Source: Acidimicrobiia bacterium (GTDB lineage Bacteria > Actinomycetota > Acidimicrobiia > Spongiisociales > UBA11373). Taken from it: 49,871 bases of DNA. The position numbers and the translations under genes were made by a program. The notes below the pieces were generated by a model, which ran no database searches, was not told where the DNA came from, and saw only the letters and a list, made by a program, of their open reading frames with translations. Where the stretch lies: NCBI GenBank assembly GCA_040882645.1, contig JBBEAX010000047.1, positions 30,697 through 80,567 of the forward strand, in the 5' to 3' direction. This document shows, in pieces, positions 37,174-45,680 of this stretch; the stretch's first letter is position 1, and each line of letters starts with the position of its first letter.

Positions 37174-38077
37174 TCGAACCCTCCCCCATGAATACGTCCT
37201 CGAGGGTGGTCCGTTTGGCGGCGAGCCTTCGCAGCGGGGCCCCGACTTCCGCCAGGGCATCTCTGGCGATCTCGAAGGCGTCCCGATCGGTGGCAGTCAG
37301 GTGGAGCACCGAGCCCACCAGTTCGACCGTCGCCCCCAACCGCTGGGCAGCAGCAACCACCGCGGCGCTGTCGCCGATGACCTCCAATTCGACTTCATCG
37401 GTGGTCGAGAGGTCGGTCAGCGGCCCGGATCGCAGCACCTTGCCGCCGTCGAGCATGATGACCCACTCGCAAGTCCGCTCGATGTCGGTCAACACATGCG
37501 ACGAGATGACCGCATTGATCCCGAAGTCCTGAAGCCGGGTGACGAGATCGAGCATCTCCTCCCGTCCTTCGGGGTCGAGGCCAGCAGTGGGCTCGTCGAG
37601 GAGGACCAGCTGCGGGTCGTGGACGATCGCCTGGGCCAATTTGGCGCGTTGTTTCATGCCGGTGGAGAACTCGCCGATGAAACGGAACCGCTCCTCGTGG
37701 AGGCCGACCAGGCCGAGCACGTCGCTTGCCCGCTGGCGCGCTGCTCGTACCGGCAGCCCACCCAGTTCGGCGGCGTACCCGAGGAAGTCGGCGGCGGTCT
37801 GGTCTGGAGGCATGCAGTTGCCTTCGGGCATCCAGCCCACCCGAGCGCGGACGTCCAGTTGTCGGGTGGCAACGTCGTGCCCGAGCACTGCGACCTGGCC
37901 GGAGGCCGCCGGCAGTACCCCGAGCAGGATCTTGAGCAGGGTTGTCTTGCCGGCGCCGTTGGCGCCCACCAACCCGATACGGCCGGGGGGGATCTCGAGG
38001 CTCACCCCGTCGATGGCGACGATGTTGCCGTAGGCGAACCGCAGGTCGGTGACGGAGATGATCGACGGGCGGTCCAT
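37166..38077 (-). CDS. ABC transporter ATP-binding protein
   Basis: GANGAGKT, FSTGMKQR, LLDEPT, SSH. Confidence 0.92.
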   Translation of the reverse strand: MDRPSIISVTDLRFAYGNIVAIDGVSLEIPPGRIGLVGANGAGKTTLLKILLGVLPAASGQVAVLGHDVATRQLDVRARVGWMPEGNCMPPDQTAADFLGYAAELGGLPVRAARQRASDVLGLVGLHEERFRFIGEFSTGMKQRAKLAQAIVHDPQLVLLDEPTAGLDPEGREEMLDLVTRLQDFGINAVISSHVLTDIERTCEWVIMLDGGKVLRSGPLTDLSTTDEVELEVIGDSAAVVAAAQRLGATVELVGSVLHLTATDRDAFEIARDALAEVGAPLRRLAAKRTTLEDVFMGEGSNG

Positions 38078-38102
38078 GCCGACGGACACGGTAATGCAAG
38101 GG

Positions 38103-38143
38103 CAAGAGTCAAGATTCAAGAATCAAGAGTCGATATTCAAGAA
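38103..38143. repeat. Heptamer array (TCAAGAN)
   Basis: CAAGAG TCAAGAT TCAAGAA TCAAGAG TCGATAT TCAAGAA. Confidence 0.85.
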
Positions 38144-38149
38144 TTTCCG

Positions 38150-38782
38150 TCAGCCGCGACTGCCGCGCCACCAGCGCTTGGCCATGTCCCAGGCGGTGGG
38201 TCGCCGGGTTGGGGCCGCCGGAACGCTTCGAGGGGCCGGCGGCACCGCGGGCTGGGGAATCTCCCTCGTCTTGGTCGCCGCCCTGAGCTCGTCGCGTTCG
38301 GTGCGGATCTCGCCGAGACGTTCGCGGAGGAACTCGGCTTCGGTCTCGGCGCGGGCGGCTCGCTCGCGTGCCTCGGACAGCATCAGGCCTGCTTCATGGA
38401 TGTTCCCCAATTGGTCCATCAGGCGGTCCCATGCGTCGCGGGGTACCAGCATCGCCGTCCCGTCGGCGGTCGGGCCCGTGGCCCCTTCCCGGGGGGAGGG
38501 CGGGGGGCTTCCCGCACGATGAGAAATCCGGTGGGCCACCGATTCGGCGGTGATCATCCATTGGCGGCCGTTCGGCCCGTCTGCCTTGACCGCGTCGACC
38601 GCGCCGTCTCGTGCCCAGCCGCGCAGAGTGCCGACCGAGACCCCGAATCGGTGCTCGGCCTCCTTGAGGGTGATCCGCCCGCCGAGCGGCGGCGCGGGCT
38701 CAGTGGCGACCTCGCGGCGTGTCTTCCGCTTCTGCTGGCTCGGGCCTGGCCGTCGATCCCAGGTGAAGGCAGGGTCGGACAT
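38150..38782 (-). CDS. Helix-turn-helix (MerR/excisionase-like) plus coiled-coil protein
   Basis: ITLKEAEHRFGVSVGTLRGWARDG, coiled-coil C-terminal half; TAACCT -10 six nt before ATG. Confidence 0.75.
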   Translation of the reverse strand: MSDPAFTWDRRPGPSQQKRKTRREVATEPAPPLGGRITLKEAEHRFGVSVGTLRGWARDGAVDAVKADGPNGRQWMITAESVAHRISHRAGSPPPSPREGATGPTADGTAMLVPRDAWDRLMDQLGNIHEAGLMLSEARERAARAETEAEFLRERLGEIRTERDELRAATKTREIPQPAVPPAPRSVPAAPTRRPTAWDMAKRWWRGSRG

Positions 38783-38800
38783 GTCGGGAGGTTACGCGAC

Positions 38801-38874
38801 AGAATCAAGAGTCAAGAGTCAAGAGCGGAAAGATTCTTGATTCTTGACTCTTGGCTCTTGACTCTTGACTTGAC
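38801..38874. repeat. Inverted pair of TCAAGAG heptamer arrays
   Basis: (TCAAGAG)x3 then about 5 TCTTGAC/T-like units, able to fold back. Confidence 0.85.
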
Positions 38875-38905
38875 CCGCTCCTTCTGAGAGGGCACCGTCG
38901 TCGGG

Positions 38906-38976
38906 CCGCACGCTGTCTCCGCTGCCCCCTCCGCCTCGCTTCGCTTCGGCACCTCCCCCGGAGTACCGGGGGAGGA
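38906..38976. repeat. REP-like element left of the BMC operon
   Basis: 38906-38960 is the reverse complement of 44342-44395 except one indel; ends in CCTCCCCCGG-AGTA-CCGGGGGAGG hairpin. Confidence 0.88.
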
Positions 38977-39016
38977 GTCCTCCCGCTTCCCCTGCGGCAG
39001 CGTGGGATAATCGAAT

Positions 39017-39610
39017 GTGCCTGGCCGCCAACTTCCAAGCGAAGAGGACGTGCGCGCTCTCGTGACGCGCGTCGTCGATTCGGTCGCCTCCTCCAACCAG
39101 CCCGCCGTCGTGCCCCCGGCAGAGGGCGGAGCGGGCGTATCGGCTGCCGGCAAGATCGCCATCGGGGCCGACCACGGGGGCTTCCGCCTCAAGGAGCGGA
39201 TCGGATTCCGGCTGCGCGAGTCCGGGCGCGAGGTGGTGGACTGCGGCACGGATTCGTCCGAGGCGGTCGACTATCCCGACTTTGCGCTGGCCGTCGCCGA
39301 GAAAGTGGCTTCCGGTGAATGCGTCGCCGGCATCGTGATCGACGGGGCCGGCATCGGGTCGGCAATGGTCGCCAACAAGGTGGCGGGGGTGAGGGCGGCG
39401 CTCTGTTACGACCTGTCCTCGGCGCGCAACAGCCGGGAACACAATCATGCCAATGTGCTCACGCTCGGTGCCGGGCTGATCGGGGAGGCGCTGGCGTGGC
39501 AAATCGTCGAGGAGTGGCTCGCCACGCCGTGGGGCGAGGGGCGCCATGCCCGTCGAGTGGCCATGATCGATGCCCTCGATGCCCGCCGGCGCATGGGGGA
39601 GGCGGTATGA
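39017..39610 (+). CDS. rpiB: RpiB/LacAB-family sugar-phosphate isomerase with N-terminal encapsulation peptide
   Basis: GADHGG, DYPD, MVANKV.G.RAA, HNHANVL, GRH.RRV; N-terminal [15 protein letters not shown]. Confidence 0.9.
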   Translation: MPGRQLPSEEDVRALVTRVVDSVASSNQPAVVPPAEGGAGVSAAGKIAIGADHGGFRLKERIGFRLRESGREVVDCGTDSSEAVDYPDFALAVAEKVASGECVAGIVIDGAGIGSAMVANKVAGVRAALCYDLSSARNSREHNHANVLTLGAGLIGEALAWQIVEEWLATPWGEGRHARRVAMIDALDARRRMGEAV

Positions 39611-40464
39611 GCGAGCGCGACGAGCTGATCGAGGCGATCACGCGGGAAGTGCTGGCGGCGGTGGCCGGTGAGTCCTGGGATGACTGCCTTGCCTGCGTCG
39701 GTGACTGCGTCGCCCACTCGGCCGACAAAGTGCGGTCGGTGCTGGCTGCCGGTGCCACCCGGGTGTCGTTCAACGGACTCGGAGCCGACGTACCCACCGA
39801 CCTGGCGGGATTCATCGACCACACGCTGCTCCGCCCCGATGCCACCACCGCCGAGATCGACCGGATGTGCACCGAGGCGCGCGAGTACGGGTTTGCTTCC
39901 GTCTGCGTCAATCCGTACTGGGTGAAGCGGGTCGCCGACAATCTCAAAGGCACCGACGTGGTGGCTTGTGCCGTGGTCGGTTTCCCGTTCGGGGCATCGA
40001 TGCCGGAGATCAAGGCCATGGAGGCCCGCCGGGCGATCCGCGACGGCGCCCGTGAAATCGATATGGTCATCAACGTGGGTGCGCTCAAGTCGCAAGACCA
40101 CGCCCTCGTCGAGCGCGATATCGCCGGGGTAGCCGAGGCTTGCCGGGAGGCCGGAGCCGTGTGCAAGGTGATCCTCGAAACTGCCATGCTCACCGACGAA
40201 GAGAAGGTGATCGGATCGCGATTGGCCGTAAAAGCCAAGGCAGACTTCGTGAAGACCTCGACCGGTTTCGGGGGCGGTGGCGCCACGGTTTACGACGTGG
40301 CGTTGATGAGGGAGGCGGTGGGCCCCAAGGTCGGGATCAAGGCGTCGGGCGGCATCCGCAGCGCCGACGACGTCCGGCAGATGATCGCCGCCGGAGCGAC
40401 GAGGATCGGTGCGTCGGCAGGAGTTCAGATCGTGACGGGAGGGACAACGAGTGAGCGGTATTGA
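39607..40464 (+). CDS. deoC: Deoxyribose-phosphate aldolase with N-terminal encapsulation peptide and Cys-rich segment
   Basis: IDHTLL, EIDMVIN, KVILET, FVKTSTG, KASGGIR, RIGAS; ATGA overlap with rpiB. Confidence 0.93.
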   Translation: MSERDELIEAITREVLAAVAGESWDDCLACVGDCVAHSADKVRSVLAAGATRVSFNGLGADVPTDLAGFIDHTLLRPDATTAEIDRMCTEAREYGFASVCVNPYWVKRVADNLKGTDVVACAVVGFPFGASMPEIKAMEARRAIRDGAREIDMVINVGALKSQDHALVERDIAGVAEACREAGAVCKVILETAMLTDEEKVIGSRLAVKAKADFVKTSTGFGGGGATVYDVALMREAVGPKVGIKASGGIRSADDVRQMIAAGATRIGASAGVQIVTGGTTSERY

Positions 40465-41077
40465 CCTCCGGGGCTATTCGTTCCTGGACAGCCTGCAGCC
40501 CCAGTACGCGGCGTTCCTGGGCACTGTGGCCCAGGGCTTTCTCCCCCTGGCGGGGGACGCTTCTCTCTACATCGAGATCTCTCCGGGAATCGAGATCAAC
40601 CGGGTCACCGACGTCGCCCTGAAATCGACCCAGGTGAAGCCCGGGATGCAGATCGTCGAGCGGTTCTTCGGCCTTCTCGAGATCCATTCGCCATCGCAGG
40701 CCGAGGTCCGGGCCGCGGGAGCGGCCATCCTCGAGGACATCGGGGCATCAGAGAGCGACCGAATCAAGCCCCGTATCGCTTCTAGCCAGATCATTCGCCG
40801 GGTCGACGATCACCAGGCGCAGTTGATCAACCGGATGCGGCACGGCCAGATGCTCATCCCTGGTCAGACCCTCTATGTGCTCGAGATGGAACCCGCCTCC
40901 TATGCCCCGCTGGCCGCCAACGAGGCGGAGAAGGCGGCGAACATCAACGTGCTCGAGGTGCGGTCGTTCGGATCGCTCGGGCGCGTCTATCTCGGGGGCG
41001 AGGAGAGCGACATCGATGTCGGCTGGCGCGCGGCTGTCGGGGCGCTCGAGGGCCTCGAAGGCCGCGAAGCCACTTGA
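40451..41077 (+). CDS. BMC-T shell protein, double-permuted type (CsoS1D/CcmP-like)
   Basis: [46 protein letters not shown]. Confidence 0.88.
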   Translation: MSGIDLRGYSFLDSLQPQYAAFLGTVAQGFLPLAGDASLYIEISPGIEINRVTDVALKSTQVKPGMQIVERFFGLLEIHSPSQAEVRAAGAAILEDIGASESDRIKPRIASSQIIRRVDDHQAQLINRMRHGQMLIPGQTLYVLEMEPASYAPLAANEAEKAANINVLEVRSFGSLGRVYLGGEESDIDVGWRAAVGALEGLEGREAT

Positions 41078-41111
41078 TCGGTTCAAGGAAAGAAAGGAAC
41101 AGCGAAAGCCC

Positions 41112-41414
41112 ATGGCTGAAGCACTCGGAATGATCGAGACCCGCGGTTTTGCCGCGATGGTCGAGGCGGCGGACGCGATGGTGAAGGCCGCCAAGGTCGA
41201 ACTCGTGTCGTACGAGAAGACCGGTGGCGGCTACGTGACTGCCGTGGTGCGCGGGGACGTTGCCGCCGTCAAGGCAGCCATCGATGCCGGCGTTCGTGGC
41301 GCGGAGAAGGTCGGCGAAGTGGTTTCCACTCACGTCATTGCCCGCCCCCACGTCAACATCGACATGATCCTGCCGCTCGGCCGGGCCGACGAGGCCGCGG
41401 CCGAGTCTTCCTAG
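41112..41414 (+). CDS. BMC-H hexameric shell protein
   Basis: [38 protein letters not shown]; AAGGA RBS. Confidence 0.95.
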   Translation: MAEALGMIETRGFAAMVEAADAMVKAAKVELVSYEKTGGGYVTAVVRGDVAAVKAAIDAGVRGAEKVGEVVSTHVIARPHVNIDMILPLGRADEAAAESS

Positions 41415-41432
41415 AAAGGCGGGGAGCACCTC

Positions 41433-41720
41433 GTGCTACTCGGCCGCGTCGCGGGGACACTCGTCGCCAGCGAGAAGGAGCCCACAATGGAGGGGCTCAA
41501 ATTCCTCGTGATCAAACAGGTCGACGTCGACGGTGACGACTCCGGCGGGTACGTGATCGCGGCGGACGCGGTGGGCGCGGGTGTCGGTGAGATCGTCATG
41601 TTCGCCACCGGATCATCCGCCCGGCAGACAGAGGCGACCAGGGACCGGCCCTGCGATGCCGTGGTGATGGCGATCGTCGACACCTGGGAGGTCGGCGGCG
41701 AAGTGAAGTTCACCAAGTGA
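41433..41720 (+). CDS. BMC-P pentameric vertex protein (EutN/CcmL)
   Basis: [35 protein letters not shown]. Confidence 0.93.
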   Translation: MLLGRVAGTLVASEKEPTMEGLKFLVIKQVDVDGDDSGGYVIAADAVGAGVGEIVMFATGSSARQTEATRDRPCDAVVMAIVDTWEVGGEVKFTK

Positions 41721-43168
41721 CGAAATTCAGCGAGCAGGAAGTCCAGGCGGTCATCGCCCGGGTGCGCGAGCGCCTCGGGGGAACGCCGGACCGGCTACCG
41801 ACCAACCCCCGGATCCCCGCGGCGATCCCGGACGCTGCCCTCGGTGAGGGCATTTTCGCCACGATCGACGAAGCGGTGAATGCCGCCGAAGCCGCCCAGC
41901 GAACCTATGCCGCCGCCGGCACCGATCTGCATGAGGCCGTCATCGCGTCGATCCGCAAGTCGATGCTCGAGAAGGCCGAGTATCTCGCCGAGGCCGCTCA
42001 CGCTGAGACCGGCCTGGGCAGGGTCGAGGACAAGACCCGCAAGAACATCCTGGTGGCGACCCGCACCCCGGGTCCGGAGGATCTCGCACCGCTGATCGAG
42101 ACGGGATCGAGCGGCATGATGGTCACCGAGCACGCCCCCTTCGGACTCATCGGGGCGGTCACTCCCACCACCAATCCCACCTCGACGATCATCAACAACA
42201 CGATTGCGGTACTCAGCGGCGGCAACGGCGTCGTCTTCAACGTCCATCCCAACGCCAAGCGCGTGTCCGCCGAGAACATCCGCCTGATCAACCGAGCGAT
42301 CCTGGCCGCCGGAGGACCGAGCAATTTGGTCACCGCCATCCCCGAGCCGACCATCGAGAGCGCTCAAGCCTTGATGCAACATCCGGGCGTGCGAGTGCTG
42401 CTGGTGACCGGCGGGCCGGCGGTGGTTCGCGAGGCTCTCAAGACGGACAAGCGTGCGATCACCGCCGGGCCGGGCAACCCACCGGCCGTGGTCGATGAGA
42501 CCGCCGACATCGAGAAGGCCGCACGCGACATCGTTGCCGGGGCATCGTTCGACAACAACGTCATCTGCACCGACGAGAAGACGGTCATCGCAGTGCGGGC
42601 AATCGCCGACGACCTGGTGCGGGCGATGGGACGCCAGGGCGCATACGTGCTCAAGGAACATGAACTCCGCAAGGTGGAGCGGGTGATCTTCGAGACGATG
42701 GGTCCCGCCGGGAAGCCCGGGGTCATCAACCGGGCGTGGATTGGGAAGAACGCCCGCGACATCGCCGCGGCCGCCGGGGTGGATGTCGACGGCGACCCGC
42801 GGGTGCTCGTTGCCGAGGTGCCCAACGATCACAACCTCGTGTGGACCGAGCAGATGATGCCCGTCTTGCCCGTTACCCGGGTGCCCGATATCGACGCCGC
42901 CATCGAACTGGCGATCGCTTCGGAGCACCGTTTTCGCCATACCGCTTCGATCCACTCGACCAACGTGTCGACGATCACCCGGATGGCGCGTTCGATCAAT
43001 GTGTCGATCTTCATCGCCAACGGGCCCAACTACGCCGGGCTCGGCCAAGGTGGTGAGGGATTCACCTCGTTCTCGATCGCCAGCCCGAGCGGTGACGGGA
43101 TGACCCGCCCGATCACCTTCACCCGGGAGCGTCGGATCGCGGTGGTCGGCGCCCTGAGGATCGTCTGA
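41717..43168 (+). CDS. CoA-acylating aldehyde dehydrogenase (EutE/PduP-like) with N-terminal encapsulation peptide
   Basis: [43 protein letters not shown]...HTA, GEGFTSF. Confidence 0.92.
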   Translation: MTKFSEQEVQAVIARVRERLGGTPDRLPTNPRIPAAIPDAALGEGIFATIDEAVNAAEAAQRTYAAAGTDLHEAVIASIRKSMLEKAEYLAEAAHAETGLGRVEDKTRKNILVATRTPGPEDLAPLIETGSSGMMVTEHAPFGLIGAVTPTTNPTSTIINNTIAVLSGGNGVVFNVHPNAKRVSAENIRLINRAILAAGGPSNLVTAIPEPTIESAQALMQHPGVRVLLVTGGPAVVREALKTDKRAITAGPGNPPAVVDETADIEKAARDIVAGASFDNNVICTDEKTVIAVRAIADDLVRAMGRQGAYVLKEHELRKVERVIFETMGPAGKPGVINRAWIGKNARDIAAAAGVDVDGDPRVLVAEVPNDHNLVWTEQMMPVLPVTRVPDIDAAIELAIASEHRFRHTASIHSTNVSTITRMARSINVSIFIANGPNYAGLGQGGEGFTSFSIASPSGDGMTRPITFTRERRIAVVGALRIV

Positions 43169-43170
43169 TC

Positions 43171-43764
43171 GTGAACCCGGCAATCGGGCTCCTCGAGTTC
43201 GAATCGGTGGCAGCGGGAATCCGGGCAGGCGACGCAATGGTCAAACGCGGCCGGGTGGCGGAACTCGTTGCGGGCACGGTTCATCCGGGGAACTACCTCG
43301 TCCTCGTAATCGGCGAGGTGGCCGACGTGGAGGAGGCCATGGCGGCAGGCCGGGGAGTGTCCGGTGGAACGGTCGTGGACGAGGTGCTGCTTCCCGACGT
43401 CCACCCCGATGTGATCGAGGCGGTGCGCGGGGTGCGGGTTCCCGGGTCGGGTGAGTCGCTGGGCGTCATCGAAACCAGGACGGTCGCCGCAACCATCGAG
43501 GCCTCCGATGCCGCGGTCAAGGGTGCCAGCGTCTTCTTGATGGAGATTCACCTCGCGGACGGCCTCGGGGGCAAGGGGTACGCCCTCTTCTGCGGATCGG
43601 TTTCGGACGTCGAGGCTGCCGTCGCGGTCGGTGCCGCGAGTATCGCCGCCGAGTCACTGGTGGCCACCCTGGTGATTCCGCAGCTGCACAGCGAGATGGG
43701 CAACAACCTTCTGGCCGGCAGATACTTCGGTGATCGGCTCGGGAGAGACGATGCAGCTCGCTGA
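43171..43764 (+). CDS. BMC-T shell protein, single-layer type (PduT-like)
   Basis: Two BMC domains: AIGLLEF.SVA.G..AGDAMVK and SLGVIET.TVAA.I.A.DAAVK; GLGGKG. Confidence 0.88.
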   Translation: MNPAIGLLEFESVAAGIRAGDAMVKRGRVAELVAGTVHPGNYLVLVIGEVADVEEAMAAGRGVSGGTVVDEVLLPDVHPDVIEAVRGVRVPGSGESLGVIETRTVAATIEASDAAVKGASVFLMEIHLADGLGGKGYALFCGSVSDVEAAVAVGAASIAAESLVATLVIPQLHSEMGNNLLAGRYFGDRLGRDDAAR

Positions 43765-44023
43765 AGTCATCGGAACCGTCGTCGCCACCGTCAAGTACGA
43801 GGGCCTCGACGGCGTGCGATTCCTGCTGGTTCAGCCGCTGGACCGGGAGCAGGAGCCCGACGGGCAGCCGGTGGTCGCCGCCGACGCGGTGGCGATGGCC
43901 GGCCCCGGCGAACTGGTCTACATCGTGAGCAGCCGCGAGGCAGCGTTGGCGATGCCGGTGCAGTTCGTGCCCGTCGACCACGCCATCGTTGGCATCGTCG
44001 ACCACGTGGAGCGATCCTCGTGA
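43751..44023 (+). CDS. BMC-P pentameric vertex protein
   Basis: MQLAEVIGTVVATVK, AAD....GPGE, SREAA, PVDHAIVGIVD. Confidence 0.92.
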   Translation: MQLAEVIGTVVATVKYEGLDGVRFLLVQPLDREQEPDGQPVVAADAVAMAGPGELVYIVSSREAALAMPVQFVPVDHAIVGIVDHVERSS

Positions 44024-44307
44024 AGCTCGGGAGGGTCGCCGGGACCGTCGTCTCGACGATCAACCACCCGATCTTCGACAACCGCCGCCTGCTGATCTGC
44101 GACCTGCTCGACGCCGCCGGCGCCGACACCGGCGGCTACCTGATCTGCGTCGACACCGTCGGGGCCGGCGCCGGAGAGATGGTGCTCATCGTCGACGAAG
44201 GAAACTCGGCGCGGCAAGTGGTCGGTGACACCACGGCGCCGATCCGTTCGGTGATAGTGGGGATCGTGGACCAGCTGCAGGTGGATGGGGAATCGGTCGA
44301 GGTCTGA
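44020..44307 (+). CDS. BMC-P pentameric vertex protein
   Basis: GRVAGTVVST, DTVGAGAGE, EGNSAR, IVGIVD. Confidence 0.92.
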   Translation: MKLGRVAGTVVSTINHPIFDNRRLLICDLLDAAGADTGGYLICVDTVGAGAGEMVLIVDEGNSARQVVGDTTAPIRSVIVGIVDQLQVDGESVEV

Positions 44308-44324
44308 CAGCCGGTCGCCGGGCG

Positions 44325-44491
44325 TCCTCCCCTGCCGTCGGCGGGGGAGGTGCCGAGCGAAGCGAGGCGGAGGGGGCAGCGGAGACAGCGTGCGGTCTCA
44401 CGACTTCTTAAGACCCGGCTCCAGTCCTGCTCGCAGGGTCAGCTGCCCCCCTCCCCCCTTCGGGGTACTCCCCCCGGAAGCCGGGGTGAGA
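44325..44491. repeat. REP-like doublet right of the BMC operon
   Basis: CCTCCCCTGC..GCGGGGGAGGTGCCGAGCGAAGCGAGGCGGAGGGGGCAGC (44326-44380) and a second, inverted degenerate half at about 44442-44491. Confidence 0.8.
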
Positions 44492-44518
44492 CGCCGATTT
44501 CCTTCCTACCCTCTGACC

Positions 44519-44908
44519 GTGAAGCGCGCTGCCCTTCTGCTCGTCGTTCTTGTCGCTGCTTGCGACTCGGGGACGATTACGCCACCCACTACCGCTCCGC
44601 CGGGTCCGACTACTACGACCACGATCGTCGGTGACACCTGCGACGGGCTGGCCGAGGACATGGCGGACTGGTTCGAGATCTTGATCGAAGTGCTCGACGA
44701 CACTCCCGCCAGGACGGTGGCTGATCCGGAGACATGGCCCGAGCCCCTGGTCGCCCTCCACCAGCAGGGTGATGCCCTCGACGCGCGGGCAGTGGCGTTG
44801 GAGTGCGAACTTGGTGCCTTGCAGGCGGAGGCCTTCCGACGAGCCGATCTCGAGCCGGACAGTGCGGTGTCCCGCTACCTGATCGGACTGCTCGGGATGG
44901 CGGAGTAG
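44519..44908 (+). CDS. Hypothetical lipoprotein
   Basis: (M)KRAALLLVVLVAAC lipobox; TACCCT -10 six nt before GTG. Confidence 0.75.
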   Translation: MKRAALLLVVLVAACDSGTITPPTTAPPGPTTTTTIVGDTCDGLAEDMADWFEILIEVLDDTPARTVADPETWPEPLVALHQQGDALDARAVALECELGALQAEAFRRADLEPDSAVSRYLIGLLGMAE

Positions 44909-44916
44909 AGCCGGCC

Positions 44917-45612
44917 TCAGGAGTAGTCGTGCAGCCGTGAGGCGGCGGCGGCGTCCAGGAGCCACAGCGCGTCGCGGCTCGCTTGGGAGACCCGGGCGGC
45001 GGGAAGGTCGCTGGTGCCTTCGAGGATCTCGGCGACGATGTCCGCCTTCGCTGCCCCCGATACGAGGAACAAGGTCCGCCGTGCCCTAGCCAGCATCGGG
45101 ACCGTCGCAGTGAACCGCCAGCCCCGGCCGGGAACCTCGATGGCGACGAAGTCACGCTCCACCTCGTCGAGCGCGGGGGACCCGGGGAACAGCGAGGCGG
45201 TGTGCCCATCGTCGCCGACTCCGAGCAGCACCAGGCCGGGCTGGGGACGCCCGTTCGGCCCCGTCGGCAGGATCTGTCGCAGGGTTGACTCGTAGCTGAC
45301 TGCAGCATCGGGCGCCTCGTCCCAGGGAATCTCGTGGAGGGTCGCCGGCACGTGATCGAACAGGGCGCGGCGGATCATTCCGGCGTTGCTGTCCTCGTGG
45401 TTGCGGGGGACATGGCGCTCGTCGGTGAGCCATCCGTCGATTTCCGACCATCCGAGGCGGCGGGTGGCCAGCAGCTCATAGGTGCGGCGGGGCGTGTTGC
45501 CACCGGCGAGACCAATGGTTCGGGGATCGTCGACGATGCGGAGCCACGCCTCCACCTCGTCGGCGGCGGCGTCGGCGAGGGCCTCGGCGCTGTTGAATAC
45601 CCGGATTCGCAT
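44917..45612 (-). CDS. pgl: 6-phosphogluconolactonase
   Basis: LAGGNTP, DERHVP..H.DSN, LLGVGDDGHTASLFP, SG..KA. Confidence 0.92.
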   Translation of the reverse strand: MRIRVFNSAEALADAAADEVEAWLRIVDDPRTIGLAGGNTPRRTYELLATRRLGWSEIDGWLTDERHVPRNHEDSNAGMIRRALFDHVPATLHEIPWDEAPDAAVSYESTLRQILPTGPNGRPQPGLVLLGVGDDGHTASLFPGSPALDEVERDFVAIEVPGRGWRFTATVPMLARARRTLFLVSGAAKADIVAEILEGTSDLPAARVSQASRDALWLLDAAAASRLHDYS

Positions 45613-45680
45613 GAGCGGAGGGAATGGTACGGGGCTGGCGCGTCGTCACCGCCGCGGGCTGCCGGGATACTCTCGCTCCC

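Noticed and set aside
38150-38782. HTH gene as the missing metal-sensing MerR for the 4506/6273 promoters
   Set aside because: Has no Cys metal-binding residues and lies over 30 kb away.
37091-43237. Long antisense ORFs (37091..38887, 41795..43237; also 16250..17494, 13929..15029)
   Set aside because: Typical stop-poor shadows of high-GC genes; the opposite strands carry clear family motifs.
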